From an uncultured Bacillota bacterium (GTDB lineage: Bacteria; Bacillota; Clostridia; Peptostreptococcales; Anaerovoracaceae), in NCBI GenBank assembly GCA_949295785.1, contig CASFMJ010000110.1:1313-65312 (forward strand): DNA of 64,000 bases, in the 5' to 3' direction. The notes beneath the pieces are model-generated. The model searched no databases. It saw nothing but the letters and a program-made list of their open reading frames with translations, and was not told the DNA's origin. Below, piece by piece: positions 57,494 through 64,000 of this stretch (positions are counted from its first letter, which is position 1; each line of letters begins with the position of its first letter). A program made the position numbers and the translations under genes.

Positions 57494-58825
57494 ATGAAAG
57501 ACCAACACATTTACAGCAGACAGATTAATATGCGGAATATGCTGATTTTTACCATACCTACTATGGTAAGGATGATTTTTGTGTCTATGTACAGTGTTGC
57601 GGATGGTATAGTAGTGTCAAATTTCGTGGGAAGCATGGGTCTTTCAGCCATAAATATAGTGTATCCTGTGCTGAACATATGTATGGCGCTTGCTTTCATG
57701 CTGTCATCCGGCAGCAATGCTGTAATAGGAAAAAAACTGGGCGAGGGTAAGCCTCATGAGGCATGCAGTTTTATGAGCCTTACGGTAATCATCAATGTGG
57801 CGGCTACGATAATCCTCATAGGACTGTTCCTCTTATGGGATGAAGATATATATATGATGCTGGGAGCTGATACAGAGCTTCTTCCATATTGCGTAGAATA
57901 TGGAACGGTAATAGTAATGGGCGGACCGGTATGGGTAATGCAGATACTGTTTCAGAGCTATCTGGTGACTGCAGACAGGCCGGGTATGGGTCTGTGGCTG
58001 TCTGTAGCCGCAGGAACAGCAAATATTGTTTTAGATATTCTTCTGGTAGGAATTTTGGGAATGGGTATGGCAGGAGCAGCAGCGGCTTCAGTAGCAGGCA
58101 TGTTCATAGGCGGGCTGATTCCTTTCACAGTTTTCTGCAATAAAAAAAGTCTCCTTCATTTTGAGAAACCAAAGTGGGAGGCCATGGAATTTCTTCATGC
58201 TATGGGAAACGGATCATCGGAGATGGTATCAAATCTTGCATGCGCCGTGACTACCACTCTTTTTAATTTACAGATGATGGCATTGGCAGGAGAAAAGGGA
58301 GTAGCAGCCATAAGCGCTATATTGTATCTTCAGTTTATTTTTACTGCTGTATTTTTTGGATTTACATCAGGGATTTCTCCTGTTATAAGCTACAATTTTG
58401 GATCAGGTATGAGAGAAAATATAAAAAAACTTTTTACCGTGTCAGTAAAAATCATAGGGGTTCTTTCATTGATCATGTTTGCGCTGGCTCAGTTGTCCGA
58501 TGGTATTTGTGCATGGATTTTTGCATCTCATGATGACATACTGGCTGAACTTATGGTATATGGATTTCGGATAATTGCAATAAGTATACCATTTACAGGA
58601 ATAAATATATTTGCCTCGGGATATTTTACGGCTCTTAATAACGGCAGGATATCTGCTCTTATATCAATGCTCAGAACTTTTTTCCTTGAGACCGGTGCAC
58701 TTATACTGCTGCCATATATGATGGGAATTGATGGAGTGTGGTGGGCTCTTCCTGCCGCAGAAATCATTGCATCTGCTGTTGCCATAGCTATGCTGATTAG
58801 ATACAGAAAAGTATATGGTTACTGA
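57494..58825 (+). CDS. MATE-family efflux transporter
   Basis: SMYSVADGIVV, LSAINIVYP, NIVLD, GSSEMV, PVISYNFG, GVWWALP. Confidence 0.9.
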   Translation: MKDQHIYSRQINMRNMLIFTIPTMVRMIFVSMYSVADGIVVSNFVGSMGLSAINIVYPVLNICMALAFMLSSGSNAVIGKKLGEGKPHEACSFMSLTVIINVAATIILIGLFLLWDEDIYMMLGADTELLPYCVEYGTVIVMGGPVWVMQILFQSYLVTADRPGMGLWLSVAAGTANIVLDILLVGILGMGMAGAAAASVAGMFIGGLIPFTVFCNKKSLLHFEKPKWEAMEFLHAMGNGSSEMVSNLACAVTTTLFNLQMMALAGEKGVAAISAILYLQFIFTAVFFGFTSGISPVISYNFGSGMRENIKKLFTVSVKIIGVLSLIMFALAQLSDGICAWIFASHDDILAELMVYGFRIIAISIPFTGINIFASGYFTALNNGRISALISMLRTFFLETGALILLPYMMGIDGVWWALPAAEIIASAVAIAMLIRYRKVYGY

Positions 58826-58829
58826 TACT

Positions 58830-59771
58830 TCAGAAAAGATAGGCTCCAGCCGGAAGCCATAAGGGAACCACAACTGTCAGGATTGTGCCGCTGATAAGAG
58901 CTACCATGCCAAGATGAGGCCCTACTGCTTTAGTAACGGGAACCAGCATGGTGTCCATACATCCGGCGGCGCCTGATGCTATAGGACTGCCTTTACTGAT
59001 ATGTGAAAGGACTGGCAGAAGCAGCACGGTAAAGACATCTCTTGAGACATTTACTATAAACCCATAGGTGCCTGCTTCTATTCCCAGATTTTCTGTGAGA
59101 AAAGCGCCTGTAAGACTGTAATACCCCATGCCTGATGCAGAAAGCGACGACCACGACAGAGGCACTTTAAGAATGAGACCGCTTACAAGACCACCCAGCA
59201 GACATCCTGTGAATATACATAAAGGCATGAATATTATTCTAAGACCCAGTTTCTTTATATAAGAGAAAACTTCCTTGTTTGAACCAATGCTGACGCCTAC
59301 GCCTGTGTAAAGAAAAACAAGCGATATGGTGAGGGTGGTATCAAGGAGCTGATGAGGCAGATCTGATAGAAGTACATAACCGGAAACTATGCCTGCAGCG
59401 ATACAGGAAGGCATTACAATCACAAGAGGCGAAAACCCTGAAGATTGCGGTTGGACTGCTTTCATGCCTTCTTCTTCTGCCAGCATAAGACGTATTTTTT
59501 CAAGGGGCATCACCGTGTGCTCGGCTAAAACGGTAAAGACGACACTGCCCATAATGGAAAAAAGTGAAATAATCATGCAGTTTAAACCTATGTGACCCAG
59601 ATTTGTCATAACCTGACTGCTGGTTCCTATATTCAGCCCTATAACCAGCATCAAAACTACAAGGGCACAATTAGTGAGCATATCGAATATTCTGAGAATC
59701 GGCACAGGGAGACCACGCCAGTTAATGACCGCTCCAAGAGCCAGACATACAAAAGGTACATACATATTCAT
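58830..59771 (-). CDS. LysO (DUF340) family exporter
   Basis: SGMGYYSLTG, GAAGCMDTMLVP, ALISGTILT; hydrophobic throughout. Confidence 0.8.
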   Translation of the reverse strand: MNMYVPFVCLALGAVINWRGLPVPILRIFDMLTNCALVVLMLVIGLNIGTSSQVMTNLGHIGLNCMIISLFSIMGSVVFTVLAEHTVMPLEKIRLMLAEEEGMKAVQPQSSGFSPLVIVMPSCIAAGIVSGYVLLSDLPHQLLDTTLTISLVFLYTGVGVSIGSNKEVFSYIKKLGLRIIFMPLCIFTGCLLGGLVSGLILKVPLSWSSLSASGMGYYSLTGAFLTENLGIEAGTYGFIVNVSRDVFTVLLLPVLSHISKGSPIASGAAGCMDTMLVPVTKAVGPHLGMVALISGTILTVVVPLWLPAGAYLF

Positions 59772-59794
59772 AGTAAATGACTCCTACTGAAGAC

Positions 59795-60283
59795 TCATAA
59801 AATAAGTTCCATATCATACCACAGAGCGCCTCCGTGAGATGAAGCTGAGAGCCCCATCAGACTGAATCCCAGATGTCTGTAAAATCTTATCTTTTCATCT
59901 TTGCAAGCCAGTATCATGCGCCGGCAGTCCAGTCTTGAAGCCTCTTTTATGGCATAATGTATAAGTGCTGAGCCATATCCCTGTCTCTGAAAAGCCGGAG
60001 TCGTGCTTACAGAAAGCAAAGCAAAGGTGTCTCCCTCGGGGAAGGGAGCGTTTTCATACATAAGGTCTGAAATTCCCTGATTATCTGCAACATCTACAGG
60101 CCTTCCGGACAGAAATGCAACAGGACTATTTTTATCTGACATGGCAACGTAAAAATAGTCCGGGAAGCTGGCAAATCTGTAAGAAAAAGTCTCTGCAAGT
60201 GCAGCCTCTGCCGGAGGAAATGTAATCAGCTCGATTTCGTAAAGTGTTTTAAGATCTTGCTTTTTTGCCGGTCTTATAATCAT
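59795..60283 (-). CDS. GNAT-family N-acetyltransferase
   Basis: FPPAEA, PAFQRQGYGS acetyl-CoA motif, FYRHLGF, SHGGALWYDM; ATG 60283 after AAAGGAG. Confidence 0.87.
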   Translation of the reverse strand: MIIRPAKKQDLKTLYEIELITFPPAEAALAETFSYRFASFPDYFYVAMSDKNSPVAFLSGRPVDVADNQGISDLMYENAPFPEGDTFALLSVSTTPAFQRQGYGSALIHYAIKEASRLDCRRMILACKDEKIRFYRHLGFSLMGLSASSHGGALWYDMELIL

Positions 60284-60418
60284 AGCAATAGCTCCTTTCT
60301 TTAGAAGATTATAATATATATGGACTTGCAAGACAATATCCATAAGAAATATCAGAACTTTATATCCTTTCAAAACAGGTATGTTGTGACACCTATACAG
60401 AAAAACATAAAAAAACAG

Positions 60419-60447
60419 TTGACAAGTAACAAAGCAGATGATAGACT
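60419..60447 (+). promoter_or_regulatory. Sigma-A promoter of the T-box leader
   Basis: TTGACA-N17-TAGACT with TG at the extended position. Confidence 0.7.
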
Positions 60448-60469
60448 GCAGATATAAATTTAATATATA

Positions 60470-60763
60470 AACCTTTGATGGAGAAGTAAAACTGATTGCT
60501 GCTCTCACAGCGAACCCGGGATGGTGCGAGCCGGGCAGATAACGGATCAGAATAATGGGCTCCTGAGGGCGAGGTGAAAGGCTTAAAGAGAGGCAGATAT
60601 AATAACGTGGACTGCCGCCATAAAGCTGAGTATCTGAGACGAGTTTCCTGCGTAAGTGGAAAGGAGTGTGATGGCACTCTGCGAGAGGTGGGCCTTTTTA
60701 CAAGGTCAAACAAGGTGGTACCGCAGGTCAATACCCTGTCCTTGATATAGGACAGGTTTTTTT
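60470..60763 (+). ncRNA. T-box riboswitch with Trp (UGG) specifier
   Basis: Stem I with AGTA/GAA, AGCGA and GGTGCGA motifs; TGG at 60556-60558; T-box AAGGTGGTACCGC 60712-60724; terminator CCTGTCCT/AGGACAGG plus T7. Confidence 0.92.
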
Positions 60764-60831
60764 GTTATCGGAACTATTTTTACCAGCAGAGACACTTCAA
60801 TTAAATCATTTAATTGAAAAGGAGAAGAAAA

Positions 60832-62217
60832 ATGAAAGACCAGAACAAAATTCCCTACAAGATCTATCTTGAAGAAAAAGAAATGCCAAAGCAGTACTAC
60901 AATGTGAAAGCGGACATGAAGAAAAAACCGGCTCCGCTGCTGAATCCGGTGAGTTTTAAACCTATGACAGCAGAAGAACTGGGAAAAGTTTTCTGCGATG
61001 AACTGGTTAAACAGGAACTGGATGATACCACAGCATATATCGATATTCCGCAGGAAATAATAGACTTCTACAAAATGTACAGACCTGCACCGCTGGTAAG
61101 AGCATATTGTCTTGAGGAGAAACTGGGTACTCCTGCGAAAATATATTATAAGTTTGAAGGCAATAATACCAGTGGAAGCCATAAGCTCAATTCTGCCATT
61201 GCTCAGGCATATTATGCAAAAAAACAGGGTCTTAAAGGAGTGACCACAGAAACCGGAGCAGGCCAGTGGGGGACAGCTCTTTCCATGGCATGCGCATATT
61301 TAGGCCTTGACTGTAATGTATACATGGTGAAAGTTTCATATGAGCAGAAGCCTTTCAGAAGGGAAGTCATGAGAACATATGGGGCAAAAGTAACACCGTC
61401 TCCTTCCACCACTACTCAGGTGGGAAGAAAAATATTGGAACAGCACCCGGGAACTACAGGCAGTCTGGGCTGCGCTATTTCTGAGGCAGTTGAGGCGGCA
61501 GTTACCAGAGACGGTTACAGATATGTTCTCGGAAGTGTACTTTCACAGGTATTGCTGCATCAGAGCATAATAGGACTCGAAACAAAGACAGCAATGGACA
61601 AATATGGTATAAAACCCGATATTATTATAGGCTGTGCAGGCGGAGGTTCCAATCTTGGCGGACTCATATCACCATTTATGGGAGAAAAGCTGAGAGGGGA
61701 GGCAGACTACAGGTTTATTGCAGTTGAGCCGGCATCATGTCCAAGCCTGACAAGGGGAAAGTATGCTTATGACTATTGTGACACAGGTATGGTATGCCCG
61801 CTGCAGAAGATGTATACGCTGGGAAGCGGATTTATACCATCTGCCAATCATGCGGGAGGACTCAGATATCATGGTATGAGTTCAGTGCTCTCTGAACTTT
61901 ACGATCAGGGTCTGATGGAGGCCCGCAGTGTGGGGCAGACAGAGGTGTTCAAAGCTGCAGAAGAGTTTGCCCGTGTCGAAGGTATACTTCCTGCACCCGA
62001 AAGCAGCCATGCTATAAAGGCAGCAATGGATGAAGCGATAAAATGTAAAGAGACCGGGGAGGAAAAGACTATACTGTTCGGCCTTACAGGAACGGGGTAT
62101 TTTGACCTTAAAGCTTATGAAAATTACAACAACGGCACAATGACCGATTATGTGCCTACAGATATGGAACTTCAGGAAGGCTTTGAAAGTCTTCCTAAGG
62201 TACCTGAGTGTATCTAA
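60832..62217 (+). CDS. TrpB2-type tryptophan synthase beta-like PLP enzyme
   Basis: SGSHKLNSA PLP lysine, TETGAGQWG, GSLGCAISEA, GGGSN, HAGGLRYHG, PAPESSHAI; no trpA adjacent. Confidence 0.92.
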   Translation: MKDQNKIPYKIYLEEKEMPKQYYNVKADMKKKPAPLLNPVSFKPMTAEELGKVFCDELVKQELDDTTAYIDIPQEIIDFYKMYRPAPLVRAYCLEEKLGTPAKIYYKFEGNNTSGSHKLNSAIAQAYYAKKQGLKGVTTETGAGQWGTALSMACAYLGLDCNVYMVKVSYEQKPFRREVMRTYGAKVTPSPSTTTQVGRKILEQHPGTTGSLGCAISEAVEAAVTRDGYRYVLGSVLSQVLLHQSIIGLETKTAMDKYGIKPDIIIGCAGGGSNLGGLISPFMGEKLRGEADYRFIAVEPASCPSLTRGKYAYDYCDTGMVCPLQKMYTLGSGFIPSANHAGGLRYHGMSSVLSELYDQGLMEARSVGQTEVFKAAEEFARVEGILPAPESSHAIKAAMDEAIKCKETGEEKTILFGLTGTGYFDLKAYENYNNGTMTDYVPTDMELQEGFESLPKVPECI

Positions 62218-62257
62218 AGAAAAAACTTTTAAACCAGAATAATCACTGTTATATAAC

Positions 62258-62302
62258 TATATCAAAAAAGGCAGAAATTAAATTTCTGCCTTTTTTGATA
62301 TA
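62258..62302. terminator. Bidirectional terminator (22-bp perfect inverted repeat)
   Basis: TATATCAAAAAAGGCAGAAATT-A-AATTTCTGCCTTTTTTGATATA. Confidence 0.85.
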
Positions 62303-62326
62303 CGATGCACTTTAATACGAGATCAA

Positions 62327-62833
62327 TTATCTGTTTATGATGTACTGTACATAGATTTTACATGCAAACGAGAGTGCAAAATTATCTACAAGATAACGCC
62401 GCTCTCGGCCTTCTTCACCGATATCTTCAATGTGTATGGAACCTGAAAAAACTGCAGTTACAGCTTTTTCAACAGCATCACAGAATCTGTTGTAAGTAAC
62501 TGAATTGTTTGGAAGGCTCAGGCCTATATCAATAAGCTTGCGTATTTCTTCTGTAGAGTAAAAACTCTTGAGAATATATACAACCAGAACCATTGCGACA
62601 GAAAGCCGGCTGTATTTTTTATTTACAGGAGGGTCAATGATTTTTGCTTTAACGTAGTTATTGACCATACTTTTTGTTAAAGGCGCCATTCCGGTCTTGT
62701 CGAAAAAATTTCCTACAGTGGAATTTGTAAATGAAATGACCTGATCCATATACAGATCAATAGCCGGAAGTTCCTCCCAGCGTGGAATATGAAAATTGCT
62801 GATGAATGTCAGAGCATTTTTGGTATCGTTCAT
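62327..62833 (-). CDS. DUF1836 domain protein (putative DNA-binding regulator)
   Basis: PRWEELPAIDLYMDQVI, LTKSMVNNYVK, PPVNKKY. Confidence 0.87.
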   Translation of the reverse strand: MNDTKNALTFISNFHIPRWEELPAIDLYMDQVISFTNSTVGNFFDKTGMAPLTKSMVNNYVKAKIIDPPVNKKYSRLSVAMVLVVYILKSFYSTEEIRKLIDIGLSLPNNSVTYNRFCDAVEKAVTAVFSGSIHIEDIGEEGRERRYLVDNFALSFACKIYVQYIINR

Positions 62834-62895
62834 AAATTGTGTGTTTCTCCAGATTTTTTATTCAATTTTAGCACACGGTGAAAGATATGTAAAGA

Positions 62896-62924
62896 TTGAC
62901 ATTGTAACCAACACGTGGTAATCT
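62896..62924 (+). promoter_or_regulatory. Sigma-A promoter of the acyl-CoA ligase
   Basis: TTGACA-N17-TAATCT with TG at the extended position. Confidence 0.6.
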
Positions 62925-62971
62925 TGTATCTGATACTACATAAAAATGTGATTGTAAGGAGAGTATGGATA

Positions 62972-64000
62972 ATGAGTTATGAAGATATAAAAAAAGCTGA
63001 AAGGGCTTGGGCTGATCAGGTGGTAAATGATCTGAACACCAGTACTGATAAGTATGTTGTTTATAAAGAGAGCCGGCCCATAACCGATATCAAGAATATG
63101 ATAGAAACCAGTGCCGAGCTTTATGCGGATAATGTGGCTTTTATGCAGAAGTTTGCAAAAGATGAACCGTACACCAGCATAACATACAGGGAGGCGCTGG
63201 AAACTGTGAACGCTCTTGGTACAGCGCTTATTTCAAAAGGACTTAAAGACAGGAGAATAGCGGTAATAGGGGAAAACTGCTATCAGTGGGCAACTTCATA
63301 TCTTGCAGTAATATGCGGAACAGGCGTAGTGGTACCTCTTGACAAAGAGCTTGGTGTATCGGAGCTTAAGCAGCTGGTAATAGAAGCAAAAGTCTCGGCG
63401 GTGATGTTTACTGCAAAGTATGAAAAAATATTTAAAGAAATAAAAGCGTCAGGTGATACGCAGATAGAAATGCTTATCCGTCTTAATGGAGAAGGCGACG
63501 GTGTGCCAACATGGGACCAGCTTAAAGAAGAAGGAAAAAATCTTATGGCACAGGGAGACAGAAGTTTTATAGATGCCGAGATTATAAATGATGAGATGTG
63601 CGAACTGCTTTTCACTTCAGGAACCACCGGAATAGCAAAAGGTGTGATGCTTTCACATAAAAACATTGTGTTTGACCTCATGATAGCCCCCACTATATTA
63701 CGTGTACATCCTTGGGACATATTCTTTTCCGTACTGCCGATTCATCATACTTATGAAGGAACAGCAGGTTTTCTGATGCCCTTGTACAAAGGCGCTGCCA
63801 TTGCATATTGCGAAGGTCTCAAATATATAGTAAAGAATCTGTCTGAAGTAAGACCGACTATGTTTCTTGGTGTGCCGGCTCTTTTTGAGACACTTTACAA
63901 GTCTATAATGCGTAATGTCAGAAAGCAGGGAAAAGAAGCTCTTGTAAGAAAAGTTATGGCTGTAAACAAGGTTACTAAAAAAATTGGCATAGACATCAAC
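62972..64000 (+). CDS. AMP-binding enzyme, long-chain fatty acid--CoA ligase-like (runs off the window end; not in ORF track)
   Basis: ATG 62972 after AAGGAG; VVVPLD, LLFTSGTTGIAKGVMLSHKNI, SVLPIHHTYE, PTMFLGVP. Confidence 0.88.
   Translation, partial: MSYEDIKKAERAWADQVVNDLNTSTDKYVVYKESRPITDIKNMIETSAELYADNVAFMQKFAKDEPYTSITYREALETVNALGTALISKGLKDRRIAVIGENCYQWATSYLAVICGTGVVVPLDKELGVSELKQLVIEAKVSAVMFTAKYEKIFKEIKASGDTQIEMLIRLNGEGDGVPTWDQLKEEGKNLMAQGDRSFIDAEIINDEMCELLFTSGTTGIAKGVMLSHKNIVFDLMIAPTILRVHPWDIFFSVLPIHHTYEGTAGFLMPLYKGAAIAYCEGLKYIVKNLSEVRPTMFLGVPALFETLYKSIMRNVRKQGKEALVRKVMAVNKVTKKIGIDIN

Noticed and set aside
60284..60508. Longer upstream starts in the ORF track for the GNAT gene (and likewise for kamB, the SDR, TrkA and the 13192 activator)
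   Set aside because: The extensions run through promoter or leader sequence or neighbouring genes; internal ATGs with clear SD sequences were used instead
244..63720. Many opposite-strand or alternate-frame ORFs in the track (e.g. 244..876, 17773..18429, 31748..32635, 40147..41115, 63283..63720)
   Set aside because: They overlap well-supported genes and lack recognisable motifs; treated as shadow ORFs

Overview
Chromosomal window from an amino-acid-fermenting, low-GC Firmicute (Clostridia; assignment inferred from gene content). Most genes lie on the + strand. No rRNA, tRNA, CRISPR array or recognisable transposase was seen. 1-11.9 kb: sigma-54 activator and a lysine fermentation cluster (two tandem kdd paralogues, kamA, kamB, kamC, kamD, kamE, CoA-transferase alpha/beta). 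kce and kal are not in this window. 11.9-22.6 kb: a two-HTH LuxR-type regulator and a second sigma-54 activator divergent from a -24/-12 promoter. That promoter precedes a six-gene operon of unknown substrate (SDR, NhaC-type transporter, PuuE/PgdA-like hydrolase, YtcJ-like amidohydrolase, tartrate/D-malate dehydrogenase, YidE/YbjL-type permease), the best candidate here for an undescribed pathway. 22.8-64 kb is mostly housekeeping: YabE-like, AlaX, CwlD-like amidase followed by a DnaA-box cluster with no dnaA in the window, Trk/Ktr, ECF sigma/anti-sigma pair with an internally duplicated sensor, SAM-I/metK, deoC, aspartate kinase, metG, TatD, a phosphatase-only SpoIIE-like gene, tilS, ftsH, dusB, PatB, preQ1/queT, hom, threonine aldolase, spoIIID, MATE, LysO, Trp T-box with an orphan TrpB2, DUF1836 and a truncated acyl-CoA ligase. 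Three short ORFs below the ORF-track cutoff were found by hand. Family assignments come from motif recognition only; no database search was run.
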